64,000 nt of DNA from Eledone cirrhosa (lineage: Eukaryota): the NCBI GenBank assembly GCA_964016885.1, contig OZ024742.1, forward strand, positions 253,456,001-253,520,000, written 5' to 3'. Each line of letters starts with the position of its first letter. The stretch's first letter is position 1. The notes beneath the pieces were generated by a model that had not been told where the DNA came from, made no database searches, and saw only the letters and a program-made list of their open reading frames with translations. Position numbers and translations under genes: made by a program. Shown here piece after piece: positions 1 to 11,200 of this stretch.

Positions 1-343
1 CAACATAGGGTTAAATATGCCATCTCTGTAATGTTTGCTCCATCAGCAGGGGCATTGTTTTTGCTAAGAGGCAGAGCGTTGTCCCCCTAGAGGTCACCCA
101 ATATTTACGTAAAGACACTCACACTAAAGTACACAACAAACCACTGATACCACTTCAGCATACAGCTAGGTAAATTTCCATACAAACCATCTTAGAGTTG
201 ACTGATGATTTATTGGGACAGGTCATGGGGAATAAGTAATGAGAGATGAGGTTTAGTGGGGACATGGTCTGACATGAAATAAATGAAATTGAAAGAAGGC
301 ATTCTATGCTGAAAATTGCTCAGCAACAACAGGCTGCTCTACT

Positions 344-451
<108 letters not shown>

Positions 452-1782
452 CATTTTATATTTTATACACTCTATATAGATTAATTTATAACACTATCAC
501 AATATTATAACAACCCTTAATTTATCAACAACATTAATTACCTCCCTTTGTTATTAACCCCCTTTACAACCTCCTGTGTAAACTTATAAAATTAAGTAAC
601 CTAACAGCTTAATAACGGTTAATACAAACCTTAGAAAAGATAATTTACAGATAAAAAATGCATAAGATAATATACCCACAATAACAACATGGCCAGTAAT
701 TCGGTGGAATTTACATTTAACAAACAAACACCTATTGACTATAAACGACTTAAAATAATCCCATGGTTAATAGCTGTGAGTAACAAACAACACATGCACA
801 TAAATACGAACTACAACACAAAAACACTTAAAGGAAAATCACATACCCAACTCTATCTAGTGATTTACATTACGCCTTACATAACACCACACGCCTCTCT
901 AACAAATTGCACACTATCTTAAATGTTTATAACAAATATAACATGCTTTAACACCCCACACAAAATATGTTTATTTCAACTGCATTATAACTCTTTCCTC
1001 ATACATACCTTATTGACTGTATTAACTCCTGCATTGTACACCAATTGTCCTTGCTTATAACTTCTTTCCCTGTGTTTTTTTTGCTTGTGCTTTTTGCTTT
1101 TACTTATACCTATTACACTTCCAAACAGTGCTGCCTGTAATTGTATTATTTCAAGCGGAACATCTTTTTAACTCCTGAATCTCCGGACCTCAATTCATTC
1201 AGCCTGTCATAAGAAAAATAAAGATAACCACCTGGGGTTGATTGTGATTTCCTTTCAGAAATAGAAATTAAAAGTTTAAACAAAGGCAGGTAATTTAGAA
1301 ATTAGTTAAAAGAAGGTTTTATTTATTTTATTATGAGCAAAGAAGTTAAGATCAAGGGTGGTAACTCTTGCAAGACAATAGTAAAGATTGAGGAAAAATA
1401 ATTTTTTCCAGCTGACTCAACAATCAAAATTCCTTGATATACAAAATAGTCAGTAAATCAAAGTATACTCTCAGACATGTTAGTCAGGTAAGCCATTTAT
1501 TCAGAATATACTTCATTTCATGAGGATAGCGGCTAAAGCAATCAAGTCGCATATTCAGGCAGTGTTTATCTCAAACTGTTTGTATTTATCATTGTTGGGA
1601 TATAAGTATGGCCACTGCATTTGGTCACTTTTCTTGGTGTCACGCCTTCTTAAGTTTGTGTTTACTCTGGATGAAAATGTATTAATTTTCTGCACCATTG
1701 AATGCTTTGTGTCTGCCTCAATGAATTCAATTGTTATCTGCTACATTGCGGCTACAATTTTGATTTATACCTCATAATAATA

Positions 1783-2019
<237 letters not shown>

Positions 2020-2023
<4 letters not shown>

Positions 2024-2240
2024 AGGAGTGTGGCTGACTGGTTAGAGAATTGGATTCGCAATCGTAAGGTTGTGAGTTCGATTCCTGGACCAGGCGATGC
2101 GTTATGTCCTTGAGCAAGACACTTTATTTCACCTTGCTCCTTCTACCTGGAGTTGCGACCGATAGATAGTATTAGCAATTGGAAAGACCAACGGAAACAT
2201 TGTTCCCTCGGTCCGATTTGACGAAAGTCGATCGTTCCTT
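2020..2240 (+). mobile_element. tRNA-headed SINE with a distinct 3' half (second, 5'-truncated copy at ~5645-5826)
   Basis: A-box-like TGGCTGACTGG and B-box GAGTTCGATTCC, then TGTCCTTGAGCAAGACACTTT as in the main SINE family. The 3' ~100 bp is near-identical in the two copies. Confidence 0.8.
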
Positions 2241-2241
2241 T

Positions 2242-2278
<37 letters not shown>

Positions 2279-2609
2279 CCACATTATTTCTGTTTACCTT
2301 TTCCATATATATATAAATTTTGTGTATGTGTTGGTTGTTTACCGACACCTCAGTATGCAAGTAGGAGCACTCAACGAAGTATGCAGGCTGGTTTGTTTAC
2401 TCCGGAGTAAATATACATATATACATATATGTCTATACTGTATATGAAGGATTTGGGGCCCCAATGGAAGAGCTTCTACCATTTCAACATACATATATAT
2501 ATATATATATATGTCTAATCCATGCTAGCATGGAAAATGGACGTTAAAATAATATATTCCTTCCATATACTGGATTGTTTGCATTGTTATTTCTGTTTAC
2601 CTTTTACAT

Positions 2610-2657
<48 letters not shown>

Positions 2658-2906
2658 AATTATCAGTAGTACCAAGATAGTGTTAAGCATAATAATGATG
2701 TATATGAGAGCCTTGCTATCAAAGAAAAAATATTTCTTCATTACGAAAAATTATTTTCTCCCCTTTGCACTATGAATATGCCACAGATATCTCAGTAGCA
2801 GGGAAGAATGCCAAATAGTGGTGTTTTTAGATTCATTAATCTCTCATCTGTGACATTGTATATGAACATATAGTATGTTTTCATAATTAGCCTTCACATA
2901 TATAAA

Positions 2907-2945
<39 letters not shown>

Positions 2946-3164
2946 TCTGCAGTTCTTCACACAAGAGCAAGAATGAAGGGGTCATTCTACTGACATGGCT
3001 ATAAAATTGAGGCTTGTTTGCATAATTGCAAATGAATCAAATGTTATTATGAATATTAGAAAAACTCAGATTACATTTATTGTATTCAGCCATGTAGAGC
3101 GAAAAATTTCTTTTTTATTTGAATTTGGCAAAGCCGGCCATTTATAGCTAGTATACAGGAAACT

Positions 3165-3272
3165 GACTGGCCAGTCAGCTGATATGCAAATCTGGCTGAT
3201 CAGTCGATCTGCTAATATGCAGATCTGACTGATCAGCCAGTCTGCTAATATGCAAATCAGGCCGATCAGTCA
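3165..3272. repeat. ~33-bp tandem repeat, three units, each with ATGCA(A/G)AT
   Basis: CTAATATGCAGATCTGACTGATCAGCCAGTCTG-like unit read directly. Confidence 0.8.
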
Positions 3273-3325
3273 ATGTGTATTTTTGAAAATAGCATATATT
3301 TTCACTAGCTCTGATAGTTTGGCAG

Positions 3326-3391
3326 GTGAACAGTGAGCTGTACTGATGAAGGGTGATACCCAGAAACATTAGTGTCTGCAGTTCTGTTCAC
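3326..3391 (+). ncRNA. Type I hammerhead ribozyme
   Basis: Stem I GTGAACAG-t-GAGCTGTA / TGCAGTTC-TGTTCAC; core CTGATGA (3343-3349); stem II GGGT-gat-ACCC; GAAA (3363-3366); stem III ACA-ttag-TGT; cleavage triplet GTC (cut after 3376). The base of stem II has an A/A pair instead of G10.1-C11.1. Confidence 0.8.
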
Positions 3392-3699
3392 ATACCAACA
3401 CAAGAGCAAGAATGAAGTGTTCATTCTACTGACATGGCTATAAAATTGAGGCTTGTTTGCATAATGGCAAACGAATTGAATGTTATTATTAATATTCAAA
3501 AAACTCAGATTACATTTATATATGTATGTACGTATTTATATTATATGCATAAATATATGCATAATCACCTTTTCTGTCAATTTTCCATCGGTTAGAGAGG
3601 TTGTCATGTTGGATGAAATAGGTCAGATAACCAAGTGCTACTCATATATTCCAGTTTGACAAGCCCTCTACAGCAGATCACCTTCCATGCTATGAACTA

Positions 3700-3990
3700 A
3701 TTCACTAGTACATATGTACTGGTGTACTTTATTATGGTATCAACATTTGCATTTCACTGCATGTATTGTGTGCATTTTATCCCGATACCAGAACCTGTAC
3801 TTCACTGCATGCATTGTGTGCATTTTATCCTGACACCAGCACTAGCACTTCACTGCATGTGCTGAGTGCATTTTATCATTGTGATAGCTCTGCCATTTTA
3901 TAGAGTAGACTATTAGTATTTTATTGTCATACCATCACTATCATTTTACAGAGTGTACTGGGTGCATTTTATTGTGGTATTAACACTAGG
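3700..3990. repeat. Degenerate ~45-48 bp tandem repeat resembling the reverse-strand SINE central segment
   Basis: Repeated ACTTCACTGCATG..TGTGTGCATTTTATC..GACACCAG. Confidence 0.6.
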
Positions 3991-4679
3991 GCGGCAAAAA
4001 TGATTGATGGCTTTCTTCCAATTTAATTGTCTCACTTGAGCTTTCATATGTTTTACAAGATTTGTTTTCAATTTAAATACAAATAGGTCATATGAAAATA
4101 AATGTGGAATTGGAGAAGGAAAAATTCTACCAAATTCTATTCACAAGGTATTGGTCTTTCTGAGCAGCCTTTGATAGAAAACATAACATATTTCCAAGGT
4201 TTTGTGCAGTGAGATTGATGCCAAAAATCATGTAGTTGTAAGTAAACTTATTTACCACACAGCCATGCCTGTAGTATAAATATGGCATATACTTTTAACA
4301 CCAGATGGAGTTGCAGGGACGCTGTAATGATACAAGGTGTGTCTTGGGTATTTTAAACTTGGTGGAGCTGATTTCTTATAGAGAAAAACAGAGAGAAATA
4401 TGGTGATAAAAAGATATAAGTTGAAGACACTGACCTTCGTGGAATTTGAACTCAAAGCACATGAAACAGAATAAACACTATAAAGTATTGCAGACATTGT
4501 TCAAATGACTCTGCAAACTTGTCACTTTACTATAAATATAAATATAAGTTTCTTTTATATAAATATAGCAAACATCATTCATACTCTTTGAATTATAATG
4601 GCTCACTTAAACTTTCATGTTTTATGAAATATATTTCTAATTTAAACACAGGAAATTCCATACAAAGACAAATGCTGAA

Positions 4680-4870
4680 CTAGTGAGGGAAAAACTGGGT
4701 CTCCAGATTTTTAAGAACATCTCAATAGGCATACTATGAATTAATCACCTGAACACAAACATACTCCAATTTTGCTAAAATCTCATTTAGAATATTGTAG
4801 CCTACTTCTGTCACCGAATATTGTTGGAAACATCAATAAAACACTGAAACCCTTAATAGATCACTTTGTA
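4680..4870 (+). mobile_element. Old CR1/L2-type LINE fragment (C-terminal part of ORF2)
   Basis: KSHLEYCSLLLSP resembles the CR1 motif RPHLEYCxxxWSP. Heavily degraded. Confidence 0.4.
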
Positions 4871-5517
4871 AAAATATACTACAGCAGTATATATGTATTT
4901 TCCATGCTTGTATATACATACACATATGTGTGGGTGTATGGCATGTATATATATATATATATAAGCCATAAAAAACACAAAAGAATTCAGACATACACAT
5001 ATATAAATACACACAAATGTGCACACTCATGCACACACAAACTATACAAATAACTCACAGACACACATGAGTATATATACACACATACTCATACATGAAC
5101 ATATACACACACAAAAAATACACTAAAAATTCAGACATTTAAATACATACATATGTACTTCCATCAATGACACACAAGCCGCATACACGTGCACACACAC
5201 ACACAGAAGCAATAATACACACCAACAAAATGCACTCCATCTGCACACACATAACAGCAACCATGACACACCTGGATTCCCCCCCTCAGGCTCCTCTCCT
5301 GAACGTCTGACTACTCTCTTACCATCCCCAACCTTCTTAAATTTGTTTTTCCAAACTGATGTTTCAACATTTTTTCTTTCACTCTTTTTAAACTCTCCAT
5401 TTCTCGAAGAAGGATTTATGTCAGAAATGTCAAACTCTCTTCTACTTCTCCATAAGCATGATACTAATACAAATTTGTGTTTTTGCATCTCTGTGTTTAT
5501 CTTGTCATTTCTTGAAC

Positions 5518-5575
<58 letters not shown>

Positions 5576-5576
5576 T

Positions 5577-5639
<63 letters not shown>

Positions 5640-5823
5640 CGTGCAATTGTGAGGCTGTGAGTTCAATTCCCGGACCGGATGATGCGTTATGTCCTTGAAC
5701 AAGACACTTTATTTCATGTTGCTCCTTCTACCTGGTGTTGCGACCGATAGATAGTGTTAGCAATTGGAAAGACCAACGGAAACATTGTTTCCTCGGTCCG
5801 ATTTGACGAAAGTCGATCGACTG

Positions 5824-5925
<102 letters not shown>

Positions 5926-5928
5926 ATA

Positions 5929-5971
<43 letters not shown>

Positions 5972-5998
5972 GTGCATATATATATACATATACATATA

Positions 5999-6849
5999 CG
6001 AGGTGTGTCAGAAAAGCTCCAGGACTGATGTCACAAAAGATTTATTTCAAACCCAAACATCACACTAAGAGTTTTCTCCTTCAAAGTAACACCCCTGGAG
6101 TCTAATGAATTTTTCCATCCTTTTCTGCTACGCTTGCATGCACTCCTGGAACGATTCTTCCGGGATCCTCTGCATTTCCGTCGTCACGGCCTTTTTGATG
6201 TCATCCACGTCTTCAAAACGGGTCCCCTCCAGGTCATACTCGAAGATCCATGACTCATCACCAGTGATGACTGTCCCTAGCAAGTCTGGTTTGGTTTCAA
6301 GACCCTCGAGGATATCCTGGCACACTGCATGCGTCGACCCTTCTGGTCATCGTCCAGCAGTTTTGGAACCATCTTCGCGCAGACTTTTCGCATGTCCAAA
6401 TCTTCAGTGAGAATCTTCCAGACGCTGTCCCGATTCATGCCCAGCTCATTTGCCATCAGTCGAACTGTCAGCCAATGATCGCTACGCACCAACTGCCTGA
6501 CGCGCTCAACATTGACCTCAGTCCTGGTCTTGAGGGCCTTCCTCTCCTGGGGTCATCTTGCACCCCTCAAAAACACGTGAGCGTGACATTGTCTCATCTC
6601 CATACACTTGCTGCAGCAATCCCAGTGCTTCTGATGGAGTTTTCCCCAACCGTATCAGAAACTTGACGACCTGAAATAGAGGACATGTATATAAAATTAT
6701 GAAGAAAAAAGTTTGATCGCTTCAGAGAGCTAAGATTACAGTTACATACTCCAGGGGGTTTATTTTGAAGGAGAAAACTCTTAGTGTGAAGTTTGGGTTT
6801 GAAATAAATTTTTGGGACATCAGTCCTGGAACTTTTCTGACACACCTCG
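5999..6849 (-). mobile_element. Internally deleted Tc1/mariner (mariner-type) transposon
   Basis: ~105-bp TIRs (CGAGGTGTGTCAGAAAAG... / ...CTTTTCTGACACACCTCG) flanked by TA. Transposase pieces LTVRLMANELG..KVCAKMVPKLL, VITGDESWIFEYD and RFEDVDDIKKAVT; the catalytic core is deleted. Confidence 0.95.
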
Positions 6850-6871
6850 TATATATATATAAGAAAATGAA

Positions 6872-6877
6872 GTAGTT

Positions 6878-6930
<53 letters not shown>

Positions 6931-6935
6931 TGCAG

Positions 6936-6968
<33 letters not shown>

Positions 6969-6969
6969 G

Positions 6970-7026
<57 letters not shown>
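6872..7026. repeat. Compound (TAG)n-(CAG/CAA)n-(TAG)n trinucleotide repeat
   Basis: Direct reading. Confidence 0.95.
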
Positions 7027-7403
7027 CATGCAGGCAAGTGGAAAACGATCTGATGAAAAGACAAGGAGAGCTGACAAGGGTTAAAGATAATGTATGACAT
7101 AAACCATTATGAGTTGATGTATGGAATGATGTTTTCTGAAATAGACATCTGGACATAACTATTACTCTTCATTCAATCTCCATTTCATAAGTAACTAATT
7201 AAGTATTCAGCTCGGCTCCTTCGTTAAAGCAAATTGCTAAGGTATGGTTTGTCTCTTTCATGGGAGGTAATTTACACAATCCTATATAATGGACCTCCTT
7301 TGGTAACAACTATTAATTTTCCAGTTGTTTGGACAATAGTATACCCTGCTCATGTAATTAACGTGTTGGTGGCTGGACATTTCTCAGACATATACACCCT
7401 TAA

Positions 7404-7583
7404 CCCTTTAGTATTTACATTACTCTGTATATACTATTGTATTTTGATGGTAATGGCTTTATCTCACATAATTATTTCCCATAATATTGAATATATGAGA
7501 TTTTGAGTGACAATTTATGGCCGGTTTGAATAGAAAGAGTTGAGAGATTTCTGGCCGGATATGGCCAGTTTAAATGCTAAAGG
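7404..7583. mobile_element. piggyBac-type MITE (degenerate right end)
   Basis: TTAA+CCCTTTAG...GCTAAAGG. Homologous to 44016-44235. Confidence 0.7.
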
Positions 7584-7897
7584 AAGATTTAACATCATGC
7601 AGTGTGTGACAAGGCTGACCTTTTCGATAGACAGGAGCAATATGATCTAAAGTATCTTATTCAAGGATAAAACACTATGACAGGAATTGGATTAATGTAC
7701 ATTTAATAATGAGCAAAACACCTTAACCACTAAGGACACAATTTCCCCATGTAATCCTGCAATTTAATAGGCAAATTCATGATGGTTTCATGATGAAAGA
7801 AACTCATAACCTCCTGTACCACATGAAACTGCATTAACAAAACATTCTTGAAGAGTACAAAATGGCAAAGTGATTTGCATCACATTACATAGTAAAG

Positions 7898-8020
7898 GTG
7901 GATTGGCAGTATTGGTTGAGCGTCAGACACTATGCTTTACAGCATAGAGTTGTGGCCCTTTAAGTTGTGAATTTAAATCCCGCCAAGGTTAACTTTGCCT
8001 TTCATCCTGATAAAATAATT
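7898..8020 (+). mobile_element. SINE family B (tRNA head plus Deu/Nin-like domain), truncated
   Basis: GTGGATTGGCAGTAT..., AATCCCGCCAAGGTTAACTTTGCCTTTCATCCT. Confidence 0.8.
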
Positions 8021-8220
8021 ATATAGTAAAGCCTTTTCTCCAACACAACACAGCAAATTTACACAATCTGTCCAATAGTAAAGATAAAATAAACATTTGA
8101 TTTAACAAACTTGCTTTTAAATATTTTCTGTTAAATTGTTACAGCATGTTAAATGTTGAGTAATCACGCCCTATATAAGATTGTTCTTGAATTCATCTTC
8201 CCAGCATCAGGTCAATAAGG

Positions 8221-11200
8221 TGTTGTGTGCTGGGATGTAGTGTAATGTAGAGCAGTGCAGTTTAGTGTGGTGTAATATGATGTGGTGTAGTGTGGTGTAG
8301 TGTAATGTAAGTGCAGTGAAGTTTAGTGCAGTGTAATATGATGTGGTGTAGTGTGGTGTAATGAAGTGTAGTGTAATGTAGAACAGTGAAGTTTAGTGTG
8401 GTGTAATATGGTGTGGTGTAGTGTGGTGTAGTGTAATGTAGCACAGTCAAGTTTAGTGTGGTGTAATAAGGGGTGGTGTAGTGTGGTCTAGTGTAATATA
8501 GCGCAGTGAGGTTTAGTGCAGTGTAATATGATGTGGTGTAGTGTGGTGTAGTGAGGTGTAGTGTAATGTAGAACAGTGAAGTTTAGTGTGGTGTAATATG
8601 GTGTGGTGTAGTGTAGTGTAGCGCAGTGAAGTTTAGTGCAGTGTAATATGATGTGGTGTAGTGTGGTGTAGTGAGGTGTAGTGTAATGTAGAACAGTGAA
8701 GTTTAGTGTGGTGTAATATGGTGTGGTGTAGTGTAATGTAGCGCAGTGAAGTTTAGTGCAGTGTAATATGGTGTGGTGTAGTGTGGTGTAGTGTGGTGTA
8801 GTGTGGTGTAGTGAAGTTTAGTGTGGTGTAATATGGTGAGGTGTAGTGTGGTGTAGTGTGGTATAGTGAAGTTTAGTGTGGTGTAATATGGTGAGGTGTA
8901 GTGTGGTGTAGTGTGGTGTAGTGAAGTTTAGTGTGGTGTAATATGGGGAGGTGTAGTGTGGTGTAGTGTGGTGTAGCGTGGTGTAGTGAAGTTTAGTGGA
9001 GTGTAATATGGTGAGGTGTAGTGTGGTGTAATATGGTCAGGTGTAGTGTGGTGTAGTGTGGTGTAGTGTAGTGTAGTGAAGTTTAGTGTGGTGTAATATG
9101 GGGAGGTGTAGTGTGGTGTAGTGTGGTGTAGTGTAATGTAGAACAGTGAAGTTTAGTGTGGTGTAATATGGTGTGGTGTAGTGTGGTGTAGTGTAATGTA
9201 GCGCAGTGAAGTTTAGTGCAGTGTAATATGATGTGGTGTAGTGTGGTGTAGTGAGGTGTAGTGTAATGTAGAACAGTGAAGTTTAGTGTGGTGTAATATG
9301 GTGTGGTGTAGTGTAATGTAGTGCAGTGAAGTTTAGTGCAGTGTAATATGATGTGGTGTAGTGTGGTGTAATGAAGTGTAGTGTAATGTAGAACAGTGAA
9401 GTTTAGTGTGGTGTAATATGGTGTGGTGTAGTGTGGTGTAGTGTAATGTAGCACAGTCAAGTTTAGTGTGGTGTAATAAGGGGTGGTGTAGTGTGGTCTA
9501 GTGTAATATAGCGCAGTGAGGTTTAGTGCAGTGTAATATGATGTGGTGTAGTGTGGTGTAGTGAGGTGTAGTGTAATGTAGAACAGTGAAGTTTAGTGTG
9601 GTGTAATATGGTGTGGTGTAGTGTAGTGTAGCGCAGTGAAGTTTAGTGCAGTGTAATATGATGTGGTGTAGTGTGGTGTAGTGAGGTGTAGTGTAATGTA
9701 GAACAGTGAAGTTTAGTGTGGTGTAATATGGTGTGGTGTAGTGTAATGTAGCGCAGTGAAGTTTAGTGCAGTGTAATATGGTGTGGTGTAGTGTGGTGTA
9801 GTGTGGTGTAGTGTGGTGTAGTGAAGTTTAGTGTGGTGTAATATGGTGAGGTGTAGTGTGGTGTAGTGTGGTATAGTGAAGTTTAGTGTGGTGTAATATG
9901 GTGAGGTGTAGTGTGGTGTAGTGTGGTGTAGTGAAGTTTAGTGTGGTGTAATATGGGGAGGTGTAGTGTGGTGTAGTGTGGTGTAGCGTGGTGTAGTGAA
10001 GTTTAGTGTGGTGTAATATGGTGAGGTGTAGTGTGGTGTAATATGGTCAGGTGTAGTGTGGTGTAGTGTGGTGTAGTGTAGTGTAGTGAAGTTTAGTGTG
10101 GTGTAATATGGGGAGGTGTAGTGTGGTGTAGTGTGGTGTAGTGTAATGTAGAACAGTGAAGTTTAGTGTGGTGTAATATGGTGTGGTGTAGTGTGGTGTA
10201 GTGTAATGTAGCGCAGTGAAGTTTAGTGCAGTGTAATATGATGTGGTGTAGTGTGGTGTAGTGAGGTGTAGTGTAATGTAGAACAGTGAAGTTTAGTGTG
10301 GTGTAATATGGTGTGGTGTAGTGTAATGTAGCGCAGTGAAGTTTAGTGCAGTGTAATATGGTGTGGTGTAGTGTGGTGTAGTGTGGTGTAGTGTGGTGTA
10401 GTGAAGTTTAGTGTCGTTTAGTGATGTTTAGTGTGGTGTAATATGGTGAGGTGTAGTGTGGTGTAGTGTGGTGTGGTATAGTGTGGTGTAGTGTGGTGTA
10501 ATGAAGTTTAGTGTGGTGTAATATGGTGAGGTGTAGTGTGGTGTACTGAAGTTTAGTGTGGTGTAGTGATGTTTAGTGTGGTGTAATATGGTGAGGTGTA
10601 GTGAGGTGTAGTGAAGTTTAGTGTGGTGTAGTGATGTTTAGTGTGGTGTAATATGGTGAGGTGTAGTGTGGTGTAGTGTGGTGTAGTGATGTTTAGTATG
10701 GTGTAATATGGTGAGGTGTAGTGTGGTGTAGTGTGGTGTAGTGAAGTTTTGTGTGGTGTAATATGGTGAGGTGTAGTGTGGTGTAGTGATGTTTAGTGTG
10801 GTGTAATATGGTGAGGTGTAGTGTGGTGTAGTGTAGTGTAGTGAAGTTTTGTGTGGTGTAATATGATGAGGTGTAGTGTGGTGTAGTGTGGTGTAGTGAA
10901 GTTTAGTGTGGTGTAATATGGTGAGGTGTAGTGTGATGTAGTGTGGTGTAGTGATGTTTAGTGTGGTGTAAAATGGTGAGGTGTAGTGAGGTGTAGTGTG
11001 GTGTAGTGTGGTGTAGTGATGTTTAGTGGAGTGTAATATGGTGAAGTGTAGTTAGGTGTAGTGTGGTGTAGTGTGGTGTAGTGAAGTTTAGTGTGGTGTA
11101 ATATGGTGAGGAGTAGTGTGGTGTAGTGTGGTGTAGTGTGGTGTAGTGATGTTTAGTGTGGTGTAATATGGTGAGGTGTAGTGAGGAATAATGTGGTGTA

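Larger units (their letters stand above)
2942..3518 (+). mobile_element. Non-coding retrozyme-like or PLE-derived unit: direct repeats (2942-~3080 and 3371-~3518) with a hammerhead, flanked by TA-rich repeats
   Basis: AGTGTCTGCAGTTCT...ACTCAGATTACATTTAT occurs twice, 429 nt apart. A third family copy lies at ~46167-46358. Confidence 0.7.

Noticed and set aside
1330-1760. Possible decayed piggyBac-like transposase Cys-rich end
   Set aside because: Only a vague Cys/His pattern across frameshifts, with no TIRs found.
5400-5440. Hammerhead-like words here and at ~25815, ~34009 and ~47619
   Set aside because: Too decayed to fold. At most they are relic PLE 3' ends.
7030-7145. Possible terminal exon on the minus strand (TTTCAG then NIIPYINS-stop); similar short candidates at ~18450-18530 and ~19420-19530
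   Set aside because: Too short, with no recognisable protein or linked exons; cannot be supported without RNA data.
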